In this document: piece after piece, positions 27,989-43,530 of the stretch
How positions within the stretch are numbered: position 1 is the first letter of the stretch
Layout of the letters: each line of letters starts with the position of its first letter
NCBI GenBank assembly: GCA_964016885.1
Contig: OZ024745.1
Location: forward strand, 23,188,001 to 23,252,000
Reading direction: 5' to 3'
From: Eledone cirrhosa
Taxonomy: Eukaryota
DNA: 64,000 nt
Position numbers and translations under genes: made by a program
The notes under the pieces: model-generated
Told to the model about the DNA's origin: nothing
The model's database searches: none
What the model saw: the letters and a program-made list of their open reading frames with translations, nothing else

Positions 27989-28849
27989 AATAAACAAGCA
28001 AACACACAGAGATATATACGTAAAGAAGCGCGCGCACACTCACACACACACATGAACATGCGAAACACGCTCATACACGAATGCAGATAGTTACGCACAC
28101 ATACACATGCACATAAACATACACATACACACGCTAGAGACCCGCATAGAGTGACGGTGGTGGCGATGGGGAGAGAAAGAGAAAGTAAAGGAGATAATAA
28201 GAGAGATAGAAAAGAGGGCGATGGAGGAGAGGGCTCGTGTTTTTAATTGCTTTATGCTATATTGAACTAATTAGAGATACAGGAACCAGCTGGGATCAAT
28301 AAGGGCGGAATGGTGGTGGTGAGGAGGGGGGGGGGGCTGACTGGCTGCCTAGTTGGTTGGTCTGCTGATAAGGATGATGATGATGATGACGACGATGATG
28401 ATAGTGATGATGGTGATGGCGATGATAGTGATGCTGGTGATAGTGATGATGGTGATGGTGATGGTGATAATGACATTACGATGTACAAAATGAATTTCAG
28501 AAAGAGATGTTGGCGGGGCTGGAGGGGGGGGGGGGGGGGGGCGAGACGTGTGGAAGCTGTAAATATATACACATATATATTTATACACACACATATGCAT
28601 ATATGTATATATGTATGTATGTGTGTATGTGTGTAGTACACTTGCAGACGTACATAATCTCTTTACCTCCATCTCTACCCCACAAACTTCTAATCCGTAT
28701 TAAAACTGAGGTCAATATCACCCCCACCCTCTATCTATTTCGATATACGTATATATATACATATATATGTATATATATATATATACATATATATATATTA
28801 TATATATATACATCATATATATAATATATATATATATACACACCCACAC

Positions 28850-28881
<32 letters not shown>

Positions 28882-28898
28882 TATATATATATACATAT

Positions 28899-29002
28899 CA
28901 AATCCCGCCGAGGTTGACTTTGCCTTTCATCCTTACGGGGTCGATAAAATAAAGTACCAGTAATGCACTGGGTTATTGTTGGCCTTGTGCCTTAAGTAGA
29001 AA
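28899..29002 (+). mobile_element. SINE family A, 5'-truncated
   Basis: caaatcccgccgaggttgactttgcctttcatccttacgggg...agtagaaa. Confidence 0.8.
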
Positions 29003-29014
29003 CAATTATATATA

Positions 29015-29622
29015 CATGGTGGCTGCCAACTCGTTTTCGAGTACGGCCACTACTTTATATCCATGTAGGAGAACCCCTACCGATGCGCTGAACGAGTGTG
29101 ACTTTTTAGTCCAGCCTGCGACTTGAAAACTCTGGTACAAACACTACACTTGTGACAATTATTGACACATAGTGCTGGGCCCATGGTACCATGTGACGAC
29201 AAGTGCAGAGAGATCTCCAGATATAAAGCAATGCCTGTGCCGTGAAGCTTTTATGGTGAGCAAAGGCACTGCACAAAGCCAGTCCCACTCTCTTAACCAA
29301 GATATTTACCAAAAAGAAGAACAAGTCAACATCATTGGATACCATCAGGGTTTCAGGTGTTATATCAGAGTTTTCCTTCTCCTAGAATTCTGCCTTGACA
29401 AAGGCTAAGGGGTCATCTCTCCCGGTGATCTTGGATGGCCATTGATTCTTAAGAGCTCCTTTGCCTTTTGACAGGTTTTGTTTTTAGTCCTGCAGGATGT
29501 CCAAAGTCACCCTCCTCACCAAGAAACCTTGGTGGGGTTGCCAGTTTAGTCGCCAACGACCCGACCATGTGACAGGTTGTACTGGGATACATGTTACCAG
29601 TAGCACCAACTGGTGACTTGAC
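29015..29622 (-). mobile_element. Internally deleted RTE-like LINE derivative (5' UTR-like part plus 3' C2H2 zinc-finger end)
   Basis: ctaggagaaggaaaactctg 5'UTR-type motif, then KCSVCTRVFKSQAGLKSHTRSAHR* at about 29077..29151. Flanked by TA repeats. Confidence 0.55.
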
Positions 29623-30031
29623 ATATATATACATATATATATATACATATATATACACATACATATATATATTATATATATATACATACATATATATATA
29701 TGTCTGTACATAGATAGATACATATACACCCACACCAAAACTGAAACGAAGCTTTTCATTGTTTTTATCAACCACGAGGGATTGGAGAGGAGAGGGAGGC
29801 TGTGAATGTTCATGATAGATTTGTTCTTAACCTATTACACGGATACCAGTAATATTTCAAGGGAGGAACGGAACAGATATCTTTGTAATAAGTATGATTT
29901 TTTTTTTTTTCGAAATTGATCGAAACAACAGGTCGATCGATCGATAGGCAGATAGATAAATAAACAGATAGATCAATAGAGAGAAAGATAAATACATACT
30001 GTATATAAAGATAAGATAGCGACAGGGAGGG

Positions 30032-30069
<38 letters not shown>

Positions 30070-30189
30070 GATGTCCCCCCAAAAACGTATACACATTTCA
30101 AAAGCATTCTAATAAATATTGCCTGTACAGGTAATAAATGTGCGTATAGATTTTTGGGTGACACTCTGTAGATATGTATATATATAAAT

Positions 30190-30232
<43 letters not shown>

Positions 30233-30233
30233 C

Positions 30234-30269
<36 letters not shown>

Positions 30270-30411
30270 ACTGGTTGATCAATAGGAAAGACAGACAGGT
30301 CAGTAGAGACAATTGAACTAAAAAGACAAAGAGAATATAGATAGGTAGACAGGAAAGATCAGAAAGACACTTAGATACATATACACACACACGCACATAT
30401 AAACACACACG

Positions 30412-30526
<115 letters not shown>

Positions 30527-30862
30527 ATAACGAAGGAAATGTGGTAAGGAACCACATATATATATATATATATATGTATAATTTGAGAACAGAGAAATAT
30601 AAAGCCAGAAGAAAATAGAGAGAGAAGACCGGGGATAGAAAGAAAGAGAGAAGATAAGAGAGAGATATCGAGAGAGAGAGAGAGCGACGGAAGAGAGAGA
30701 GGGAGGGAGGGGTGTTAGCGAACCACCAACTCAGATTCGGACAGACGTTCGTTCACGCAAAGAAAGATGGATGAGAACGGTTTGAACTTTGGGACTTCTC
30801 GTCAAACAAATATCTATAAAGAAAATAAACAAACAAATAAGGACCCAACCTCCTCCATCACA

Positions 30863-30918
<56 letters not shown>

Positions 30919-31994
30919 CTCTACCGTTACTATCACCATTACCACTACTATTACTACCGTTACCGTTACAATCACCATCACCACCATTACTAGTACTACT
31001 ACCGCTATCACCACCACCACCACCACCACTACTACCGTTACCGCTAATATCGCCACCACCACCACCACCACTACTACTACCGTCACCGTTACTATCACCA
31101 TCACCACCACCACTACTACTACCGTTACCGTTACTATTACCATCACCACCACTACTACTACCGCTACTATCACCACCACCACTACTACTACCGTTACCAT
31201 CACCATCACTACCACTATCAACAATACTACCACCAGCACAACAACAACAACACTAACTATATAGACCATACATAGTCGTGATGGTTACACACGGCCCTCT
31301 TTCAAGCTGCATTACTTGACCGAATCTATCAAATAGTCTCTCTACACACATTAACTCAACAACAGAAAGCCGAACTGGAAAATTTACGTTAGAATTTTCA
31401 TTCCACGAAAGCAAATATATATTTCAATGGCTGACGAGCCTATCATCCGATTATGATGTAAAACTAGACGATTTCATCAGGTGTTATTTGCAGAATTATA
31501 TAATAATCTTATACGCCTTAAGATCTTCCACCTGAAATATGATAAAGATTTCTCCTTGTACACCTTAAGATCTTCCAAAGGTAGCTTTACATTTGTCCTT
31601 GTACGTCTTAGATATGATAAAGGTTCCTTCCATCGATAAAATTGCCCCCAAATAAAAAAGAAAATTATAAAAATAATAATAAAAATTGCATGTTCCATTG
31701 ACTTAGTAAAAATCCAGGAGCTTACCCGATCAGATGATCATAGCAAGGAGCAGAGCCACTTAAAAAAAATATATATATATATGTATACAGCATGTGATAC
31801 TAACGTGTATACTCAAACAAACAGAGCAAGACATCTTTCGATGGATCTGAGTAACTGGTGAGAAGCAGGTAAAACTCCAGAATAACAAAACTCAATATTT
31901 TTAACCTTAATAAAATGAATATCTTAACTCTACTTCGGTGTTGACACACACATATGTATTTTATATATTATAAATGTATTTATATTTATATTTG

Positions 31995-32061
<67 letters not shown>

Positions 32062-32996
32062 CGTACCAGTACAAGAAAAAACGATTAAGTTTCGTTTACA
32101 TGTTTCATACGCATGTTTCGCAGATGTCTGGCCTAAAGTCACCAATGGGATCACCTATACTATACTATTGCAATAGTATAATATAGTATGGTATAATATA
32201 GTATAGTATATATATATATATATATATATATATGCGTGTGAGTGAAATTTGAGTAAAATCAACCAATTTTATAGTGTATGTGTGCGCGCACCTGTTTATT
32301 ATATATATAACAAAGGAATTGTGGTAAGGAACCAGATGGACCATAACGCACCAGAGTACTCAATACTTAGGGTAGTAGAGTGGGAAATAGGAAAAAGTAT
32401 GACCCCGACGGCAGAGCTCAATCCGTTTCGACGGCTATTTTCGGACTAAATTACTAAGGATTTAGTCCAGAAATAGCCGTCGAAACGGCTTGAGCTCTGC
32501 CGTCGGGGTCATACTTTTTCCTACACATATATATATATACGTATGCATGTATACACACACACCACCACCACACGCACACACCACCACCACACATACACAC
32601 ACTATGCATATAAAACTCGGTCGATATCGGTGTTTAATGATCTAAGGCGTACAAGAACAAATTGCACTGAAAGCTCCATCCGTAAAATGATGATGATGGG
32701 GGGGGGGGGGGCACGACGGCAGTGTATAATATATATATATATATACACACATATATATACATATACATATACATATATATATATATATATATAAACACAT
32801 ATATATACATATACATATACATATATATATATATATATATATAAACACATATATATATATACACATATATACACACACACATATATATACATATATATAT
32901 ACACATATATATACATATACATATATACATATATATATATACGCACATATATATAAACACATATATATATATATATATACACACATATATATACAC

Positions 32997-33029
<33 letters not shown>

Positions 33030-33157
33030 TATATACATATATATATATACACACACATATATATATATATATATACACACATATATATACATATATATAT
33101 ATATAGAGAGAGAGAGAGCCACTTTCACAACACGTACGTATATATACTTATCTAGTC

Positions 33158-33238
<81 letters not shown>

Positions 33239-33649
33239 CGTGCTGCTGCGACGTACTTTTTTTTTCAGTAAAAGAAGAAAAAAATCCTACAAAATATAAA
33301 TAAATATCAAGCTATAAAAACAGCAGAAAAAAAAGTAAAAAAAAAGAAAGATTAGATAGAGAGATAAAAGAAGAGAAAGAGAGAGAGAGGGGGAAGAAAG
33401 AGAGAGAGAGAGAGTGAGATGGAGAGAGAGAGAGAGAGAGGGGGAGCTCGAAGCAAGCCAAGCCCCGCCGTGTAATGAATGACACGACGAACCCAAGTGG
33501 AAAAACCCGATCTTCTGAAGTAGAGAGAAACCTATCAGCAGCAGCAGCACTAGAGGGTGGCAGTGGGAGGAGAGGATAGATAGAGGGGGTGTCTGAGTTT
33601 GGTGTGTATGCGTATGTGTGGGGAAAGTTATGTATATGTGTATTGTGTG

Positions 33650-34265
33650 TGTGTGTGAGAAGCTGTGTATGTGTGTATGAGAAGCAGAGTATGTGTGTGT
33701 GTGTAGCGTGTGTGAGAAGCAGAGTATGTGTATGTGTAGTGTGAGAAGTTGTATATGTGAAGCAGCGTATGTGTAGTGTGTGTAAAGCAGTGTATGTGTA
33801 TGTGTAGTGTGTGTGAGTGAGAAGCTATGTATGTGTAGTGTGTGTGAGAAGCTATGTATGTGTAGTGTGTGTGAGAAGCTGTGTATGTGCAGTGTGTGTG
33901 TGTGAGAAGCAGTGTATGTGTATTGTGTGTGAGAAGCAGTGTATGTGTGAGAAGCTATGTATGTGTAGTGTGTGAAAGAAGCAGTGTATGTGTAGTGTGC
34001 GTGAGAAGCAGTGTATGTGTAGTGTATGTGTGAGAAGTTATGTATATGTAGTGTGTGAAAGAAGCAGTGTATGTGTAGTGTGTGTGCGTGAGAAGCAGTG
34101 TATGTGTAGTGTGTGTGAGAAGCAGTGTATGTGTAGTGTGTGTGAGAAGCAGTGTATGTGTAGTGTGTGTGAGAAGCAGTGTATGTGTAGTGTGTGTGCG
34201 TGAGAAGCAGTGTATGTGTCGTGTGTGTGAGAAGCAGTGTATGTGTAGTGAGTATGTGAAGCAGA
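33650..34265. repeat. About 27-bp (GT)-derived minisatellite
   Basis: Unit gtgtgagaagcagtgtatgtgtagtgt with variants. Confidence 0.9.
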
Positions 34266-35079
34266 CTTTGTTGTATGTATGTGTATGTAGCGTGCGTGTG
34301 TTTGTTGTGTGCGGTAAAACGTTTGTGACGCTAGAGGGGGGGGTGAGAAGGTTGGAAGGGAGGGAAGAGGAGACAAGAGAGGGAGAGAGAGAGAGAGAGA
34401 AGGATTAGACGTCGCGTGAAAGGACGGGAAGGGGAGGGAGGGGTGTGTGGATGGGTGGGGGATGCAACAGCCGCGGCAGCCTCGCCGGCGACATTCGACC
34501 GGAGATACAAATAGCTGTATATGTATACATACATGTACACACACACAGACAGACATATATATATATATACACAGACACACACATATATATATATATATAT
34601 ATTTCCATTTATTAATATATTGTATATATATATATGTGTGTGTGTGTGTGTTTATAACGATATGCAGTATTTGATATGTATCAAATGTATATATATACAT
34701 ATCAAATACTGCATATCTGTTTATATACACACAGAGACTGACACACATACACAGACACACAAACACATACATATATACGTAAATATCATTCATAAACACA
34801 AATCCTTACACACACACACACAGATAATTTAGTAAAACGTGATAAATATTTGTAATTTAGGTACAAAACCAACACGGGAAGATATCCATATGATCGTCCG
34901 TAGTATATGACTGGTATTTGGTTGTAACATATATTCCCGCCGTTGTTATTAAACTTCTTAATAAAAAAACGACGGGAATTTATGTTACAACCCAATACAT
35001 TATCATATAGACCCCTGAAAAATGAATGACCGACATTCTACAGTTTGTTCCATCCACCAGTTTTGAATAATAACAAGTA

Positions 35080-35673
35080 TGATTTCTGATTTAGGCACAA
35101 GGCTAGCAATTTTAGTGGACAAGGAAAGTCGATTTAAATCAACTCCCGTACTTGATTGATAATTGATCAACTCTGAAAATATGAAAGGCAAAGTTAATCC
35201 CGGTGGGATTTGAACTCAGAACGTAAAAACGGTCATAGCTTTTTAGATACATTGCCCGAACCTCAAACCAGTTATACAAACCCATCTCCCTGGTAATAAT
35301 GGTTTCTAGTATAGGCACAAGGCCAGTAATTTGGGTGTGTGGGTGGGGGTCTGGCTTTATCCAACCCGTAAGGATGGAAGGCAAACCTTGGTGGCATTTA
35401 AACTCAGAACGTAAATATAGTCATAACTTTTAAGACACAGAGTCTGATGCTCCGTCGATTATTCAAACCCTCTATCCTGATAAAAATTATTTCTACTTTT
35501 GGCACAAGGCCAGCAATTACCCAGTGCATTACTGGTACTTTATTTTATCGACCCCGTAAGGATGAAAGGCAAAGTTAACCTCGGCGGGATTTGAACTCAG
35601 AATGGCAAGGGCCGTAACTCTATGCGTCAAAGCATGGCGCCCAACCCTCTACCGATACTGCCAATCCACCGCC
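35080..35673 (-). mobile_element. Cluster of three SINE family A copies (best preserved 35490..35673)
   Basis: Three ggcacaaggc...tgaaaggcaaa...aactcagaa units. Confidence 0.8.
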
Positions 35674-35810
35674 CTTCGGCGGGATTATAATAATGATTTC
35701 TAATAATTACGACTTCAGTCGTATGGAAAGCGGTACCGAGCAACTACAATTTTATGTGTTACGACGATATAGCCGTATAATTGTGTGTGCGTATAAATAC
35801 TGCCAACTTC

Positions 35811-35893
<83 letters not shown>

Positions 35894-37076
35894 CAATGTA
35901 TGTATCTATATATAGATACACACACACCCGTATAAATATACATATATATATATTATACACGCACCGACTCATTTTATATATATACGTGCGTGTGTTGTAT
36001 AGACTATAATAATAGAAAGAAAATCACAAAGTACAAAAAGAATAAATAAATAATGAATAAAAAAGATTTAAAAATATGTAAAAGAATAAAAAAATAAGCG
36101 AGAAAAAGAAAGAAAGCAAATAAAAATATCTGAAGAGAAAAAAAAAGAAACACGAAATAAAACGTAAAAAAAGGTAGAACAAAAAAACATTGAAAAACAC
36201 GTAGCGGCTGGTGGATGGGGGGTATAGAGATAAAAGGGAGTAGTGGTGGCAGGAGATAAATATGTGAGAGAAGTAGGATGTATTATAGTGACTGGTGGTG
36301 GTGGTGGTGGTGATGGTGGTAGCTGTAGTATGGCGACGGTGGTGGTGTACGGAAAACGAATGGTATGGGGTGTGAAAGGGAGGGGTAAAGAGGTAGGGAT
36401 GTGTGAAGACATGATGGCGGCAGCGGTGGAGAGAGAGAGAGAGAGAAAGAGGGTGGTAGATCTAATAATATAAAGAGCGGCCGATATTATATAGCTGTGG
36501 TGGCGGCGGCGACGACGGAAGTAGTAACTGCTGCTGCTATTTCTACAGGGAAATAAGGGAGGTGGTGGTGGCGGGGGGGAGATAATGGTGTTGGTGATAA
36601 AACTGAAGTGGAGGTGACAGTGGTGGTGGTGGTGGTGGTGATGGTAGGTAGCGGCGGCGTAGGAGGCGTCGCTTGTATTTCTACTGGTAAATATATGACG
36701 GAGGAGGAGGTGGTGGCGGCAGTGAAACAGAAGCCGTGATGAAATGATGTAGGTGTGATGGTGGTGGTGGGAGGGTGAGAGATCTAAGAGAGGGGAGTGA
36801 GGTGAGAGGTGAGAGAACATGGTGGCAACGGAAAGAAGGGGAGGGAAAGAGGAAAAACATCGTATTAAGACAGAGAGAGAAAAGGAGTTTAATGACGACG
36901 ATAAAAGAAGCGGTGTGTTGATGGCGGCGGTGGGGAGGAAACTAGTGGGTGGCAGAAAGGGGGAGGGTAGGCTTGGAAGGTGTTGTTTGCGCTTCGGTGA
37001 ATTCTGTTCCAGTCAGTGAGCCTGTATGTGTCTATGTCTACGGTTATAAAGTGTATATGTGAGTTGTGTGCTGTAA

Positions 37077-37122
<46 letters not shown>

Positions 37123-37274
37123 TGTCCTCCCAAAAATGTATACATACTTCAACAGCATTATAATCAAAGTATGTATACATTTTTGGGGACTCCCTATATA
37201 CATATATGTATATATATATATCCACGTACATATATGTATATATATATATATATATATACATATATGTACGTATA

Positions 37275-37308
<34 letters not shown>

Positions 37309-37323
37309 CATATATGTATATAC

Positions 37324-37412
<89 letters not shown>

Positions 37413-37426
37413 CGTATATACATATA

Positions 37427-37460
<34 letters not shown>

Positions 37461-37470
37461 CGTATATACA

Positions 37471-37532
<62 letters not shown>

Positions 37533-37871
37533 CACATATATGTATATACGTATACATATATATATATATATACACTCACACACACATATATATATATCCA
37601 GGCATATGTGTGTGTGTGTGTGCGCGCGCGCGTGATAAACGAACAGGAAGAAAAACAAACAAGCGGCGAGGAAAGTTTCACCAGCGAGACGAACACACAA
37701 ACACAGCAAAAGCTGACTAACGCTGTTTCGTAGCTCAGAAAATACACCAATGGTGTTGGAGGAATTTCATAGGTAGATGATATAAGATGTTGTGAGAGTC
37801 ATCCCCTTCCATTAAATCATTAATTAGAGACAGGAGATTATTATTATTATTATTACTACTATTAATATTTG

Positions 37872-38265
37872 TTTCTACTTTAGGCACAAGGCCAGCAATT
37901 ACCCAGTTCATTACTGGTACTTTATTTTATCGACCCCGTAAGGATGAAAGGCAAAGTCAACCTCGGCGGGATTTGAACTCAGATCGTAAAGGGACGTAAC
38001 TATGCTGGAAAGCATGGCGTCCGACCCTCTACCGATACTGCCAATCCACCAGCAATTATTCCAGTGCATTACTGGTATTTTCATTTTATCGACCCCGTAA
38101 GTATGAAACGATTTCTACTGTAGGCCCAAGGCTAGGAATTTTGAGGGTGGAAAGGTTGATTAAATCGACCCTGAAGAGATGAAAGGCAAAGCTAACCTCG
38201 ACGAGATTTGAACTCAGAACGTAAATGGCCATAACTCTATTGTCCGACGCTCTACCGATACTGAC
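37872..38265 (-). mobile_element. Cluster of SINE family A copies (full copy 37872..38050)
   Basis: Near-identical to 3046..3228, followed by partial and diverged copies. Confidence 0.85.
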
Positions 38266-38897
38266 TAATAATAAGTAATATTTAGGATAACGGTTATTTT
38301 TTAGGTCGGCACCAGACCCTATTAGTCGATACAAACCGATCATCAAGTCGGACCATGGAGATAATGTTTCCATTTGGTCTTTCTATTGTTAATATTATCT
38401 ACCAAGTCACAGCCTCTGACAGAAAGAGTAACAACATGAAATCAGATGTCTTGCTCAAGAACAACACAATGCATCTCTCGGTCTAGGAATCGAACCCACG
38501 ACCTTCATGATCGTTACATGAATACCCTAATCACTAGGCCTTCATTGAATTTTATCGATAAGGGAAGGATGACAGCAAAAATAGGGCGAGATTCGGACCG
38601 TGGTATTTATTTTAAAAGACAATTATTTTGTGGGGTAGTGGAGTTATGTAATCAATTATATTGATTTTTTTTTAGTATTTCGCTGAAACTTATTCAATCG
38701 ACTATAATTTTATTACATCGATTGGAACGAAGTCAAAAGATGCTACCGGAAAGGGCGGGAATATAACACTGTCTTCTCTCTTTTTCTAGATTCCGGTGAA
38801 GAACCAGCGTCCGAATTGTTAAGACTAGTTTCCACCTATATTAAACGTTAAACGAATTATCATTGTACAGTATCGTTCTCCTGCGTTGATTCTCTTT

Positions 38898-38973
<76 letters not shown>

Positions 38974-39404
38974 CGAAACAGTCAACAAGACAGGCAGAAC
39001 TCAATATAGATAATATATATATATATATTTGTTTATTTATTTTAGATTGTTACAGCATAGCTATGATGTTTCAGCAAAGCCACTGGTTGTTCGGTATATG
39101 CAGTGGATCACCTTACCACATGGCCAGAATCTATTATCTTAAGTAATGTACAAAACACTGGATCATTAAACTTATTTCGCTACACAATCAACACTTATAC
39201 AATTTTCAACAAAATAACTTTCGAAGCCATATCAATATTTTCTAATCAATCACTTCCACCATAATTCTAATGAGACATTAGATGAAAGAAAACATTGTTT
39301 TTACAGAGGGAATATATTTATATTTGAAAAAATAACTCTATAACACATTTCTTATAGAAAGATTCCTGTTGGACACCGGAATCAAAATATTGTTTTAGAG
39401 ACAT

Positions 39405-39448
<44 letters not shown>

Positions 39449-39476
39449 TTGACTGTGTCTTTGTATATATAAACTC

Positions 39477-39580
39477 GCATATCTGATGAGATGTCGAAGA
39501 AGAGTCGAACCCAGATCATTACGATTGTACGTACCCTGAGCTGATCGATATTGAAACGTTTGTAATTATGCCAATAAAGT
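39477..39580 (+). ncRNA. Hammerhead-like motif with long loop II, followed by AATAAA
   Basis: gcatat-CTGATGA-gatgtcga...tcgatatt-GAAAC-GTT-tgtaat-tatgc-cAATAAA. Confidence 0.4.
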
Positions 39581-39595
39581 TTATTATATATGTGG

Positions 39596-39752
39596 AGAGT
39601 CGGACGCCATGCTTTCCAGCATAGTTACGTCCCTTTACTGTCTGAGTTCAAATCCCGCCGAGGTTTACTTTGCCTTTCATCCTTACGGGTTCGATAAAAT
39701 AAAGTACCAGTAATGCACTGGGTAATTACTGGCCTTGTGCCTAAAGTAGAAA
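39596..39752 (+). mobile_element. SINE family A
   Basis: gtcggacgccatgctttccagcatagttacg...gagttcaaatcccgccgagg...agtagaaa. Confidence 0.85.
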
Positions 39753-39988
39753 CAATTATATATGTGATGCGACAGTGACTTCGATCCTAATATATACACA
39801 CACGTGCCTGAATGTGTCTCCTCCATTATACAGTGGTGGCCATGATTGTACCCCGAAACCATTAGTAACATACATGCTAAGTGTATGAAACTTTGTTTAT
39901 CCTATATATACATATATATATATTGTCTCAAGACAAACAAGAAGCCAGTATCAACTTGTAGACGTAAAGTGAGCGAGTTTGTTGACCT

Positions 39989-40853
39989 GACGTTAGACAA
40001 AGTGATAGTTCGATTCGATTAAGAGGGACGTTAGACAAAGTGATAGTTCGATTAAGAGGGACGTTAGACAAAGTGATAGTTCGATTAAGAGGGACGTTAG
40101 ACAAAGTGATAGTTCGATTAAGAGGGACGTTAGACAAAGTGATAGTTCGATTAAGAGGGACGTTAGACAAAGTGATAGTTCGATTAAGAGGGACGTTAGA
40201 CAAAGTGATAGTTCGATTAAGAGAGACGTTTGACAGTGATAGTTCGATAGTTCGATTAAGAGGGACATTAGACAAAGTGATAGTTCGATTAAGAGGGACG
40301 TTAGACAAAGTGATAGTTCGATTAAGAGGGACGTTAGACAAAGTGATAGTTCGATTTTAAGAGAGACGTTTGACAAAGTGATAGTTCGATAGTTCGATTA
40401 AGAGGAACGTTAGACAAAGTGATAGTTCGATTAAGAGGGACGTTAGACAAAGTGATAGTTCGATTAAGAAGGACGTTAGACAAAGTGATAGTTCGATTAA
40501 GAGAGACGTTTGACAAAGTGATAGTTCGATAGTTCGATTAAGAGGGACGTTAGACAAAGTGATAGTTCGATTAAGAGAGACGTTAGACAAAGTGATAGTT
40601 CGATTAAGAGAGACGTTAGACAAAGTGATAGTTCGATAGTTCGATTAAGAGGGACGTTAGACAAAGTGATAGTTCGATTAAGAGAGACGTTAGACAAAGT
40701 GATAGTTCGATAGTTCGATTAAGAGAGACGTTTGACAAAGTGATAGTTCGATAGTTCGATTAAGAGGGACGTTAGACAAAGTGATAGTTCGATTAAGAGA
40801 GACGTTAGACAAAGTGATAGTTCGATTAAGAGAGACGTTAGACAAAGTGATAG
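39989..40853. repeat. 33-bp minisatellite with 41-bp variants, about 25 copies
   Basis: Unit gacgttagacaaagtgatagttcgattaagagg. Variant units carry an extra tagttcga. Confidence 0.95.
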
Positions 40854-40976
40854 CTCAAGGAAGAGACAGAAAGATAGACAGGTAAATAATAAAGATATTG
40901 GACATACCGGACAAACAGAATAACAATACAGAACAAACACACAGTCATATCATAGGCATATAAAACAACACACACA

Positions 40977-41074
<98 letters not shown>

Positions 41075-41389
41075 TACGAATGTGTGTGTGAGTCGATACG
41101 TAATCAATAGTACATGCGATCGAACCTGCAATTATATCTATATCACACAGAGGAGAAGAGGGCAGATAGAAAAAGAAGGAAAGAAAGATATGGGAGAGAG
41201 CGAGGGGGTGGGGTGGGGGGTATGTTGTGGTAGGGGAGGGGGTGGCCAATTTATAGAAGTGTACTTGACAGCTGTTTATTGAACTGTATGTATTAATTCC
41301 AAAATGTAATTATATATATATACACACACACATATGTGTGTGTACGTACATGTATATATATATATATATGCGTATACACACATGCCTAT

Positions 41390-41435
<46 letters not shown>

Positions 41436-41740
41436 GAAGATATATGTATATGTGTGAACACACACAAAAACAAGATGGCGTAGGACAGAACAAAGGAGAG
41501 GCACAAAAAACAAAAAACAAAGAACAAAGAAAAGAATCCCCAGTCACTGAAGAGGTCACAGAATGTGTGACGAAAGAACTTTGACAATATATAAACAACC
41601 ATCTGGTTGTGGAACCAACCAACCAACCGGAAATCGGAAATTTATAAATTTTTTATAAATTTATTATAATAAATTGAAGTGAAAGCAACTGGTGCGTGTG
41701 TTTCCTATTGGCAACATGACCCTCCCAAAGTATAACAATA

Positions 41741-41824
<84 letters not shown>

Positions 41825-42167
41825 AGAGTATGTGTATGAGGTTCAGAAATGTGTCGAAACCATTCCATTATCAGTGTGCCTTTAACACAGCTATCGGCGC
41901 CACTTTTATCTAATGCAGATCGATTTTTTATTATATTGTTTGGCGCCAATCAATAAATGTACCACTACCCCCTCCACACACACACTCACACAATTATCTC
42001 TGCACCAATGTCTGTATGTATACATATGCACACACACACACACATCCGCGCACGTATATATATACAGTTTTTTTGTTTTTTTTCAAGGAAAAGTAAGTCA
42101 GTGACTTCGAAGTTCATCCCACTGAAATATATTGAGTGCTTTTACAGATTTTATTTGATTATATATA

Positions 42168-42230
<63 letters not shown>

Positions 42231-42319
42231 ATATATATATGTATATAAATATAAATATATATATATACATATATATATTTGTATATAAATATAAATATAT
42301 ATATATACATATATATATT

Positions 42320-42465
<146 letters not shown>

Positions 42466-42666
42466 AATATATATATGTATATATATATATATATATAGGT
42501 GGATTCCCGATGAATGTCAGGAGGTACAAAAGGTACTCAATACATTAGCAGGGTATGGGTATATTTATTATATTATAGAAATGACTTTTACAGAACTAGA
42601 ACTGTTTCACTGTTTTATTCGTAGAAACAGTTCTTCCTGTGGAAGTCATTTCTATAATTCCACACA

Positions 42667-42725
<59 letters not shown>

Positions 42726-43309
42726 CTCCAGCCTGGCCCAGGTCGACATGATACAAACATATAATGTAACAAGAAAAGGGACATGCCCACATACACACAC
42801 GTGCTTTTGCGTGAAAGCAATAAATAACACGCGCTGTTGACACCATAATTATACAAATGTAAATGAATTAATCCTCCGTCGGTTTCTGCGATGATTACTT
42901 GAAGTTGCTCGATTAACCGAACTACCTGTTTTGGGGAATTACAGAGTAAATGGCTGAGTATTCCATAGTAAGTTATACTCGTAATGGAATCCCCAAATCA
43001 AACCAGCTTGACTGTACTCTCCGTATAATTAGTCTACCAGGCTTCTACAGCACCCACCTCTCCCCCACGCCTGTTCAAAGATATACACTCTCACGATGAA
43101 GGTTTTTCTAATGGTTGCGGAGTGAACTCGGTCATTCCTCTGCCCGTGTTGTCACAATCGAGTATGACTTGGTAGTTAATATCTATCAAGTATTCGCTAA
43201 AGGTTTTATCAGAAGCCCATGCTGTCCGGGGCAGACACAAATACTTTCTATCCTTTTATCCAACAAAACATCCAGGGTATAAGGACTGGATTAAGAATGA
43301 GAGAGAGAT

Positions 43310-43530
43310 GGGGGGCTGTCCCAGTACTGGTCTCGCTTTCCTTTTATCCAAGGAAACATCTGGGATATAACAACTGAAAACAGAGAGAAAAAGGGCTGTC
43401 CCAGTACTGGGGCCCTCTTTTCTTTTTCCGAGGGAGCATGCATGATATAACGACTGAGAGGAGACAGAGAGAGGGTCTGTCGCAGTACTGGGCTCTCATT
43501 CCTTTGATTCAAGGGAACATCCAGTGAGTA
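43310..43530. repeat. Three diverged 70-80-bp tandem units
   Basis: gggctgtcccagtactgg...gatataac(a/g)actga recurring. Confidence 0.65.

Noticed and set aside
39989-40853. 33-bp array as a CRISPR array or as the repeat proteins in the ORF track
   Set aside because: Units are contiguous with no unique spacers, there are no cas genes and the context is eukaryotic. The 41-bp variants break the frame.
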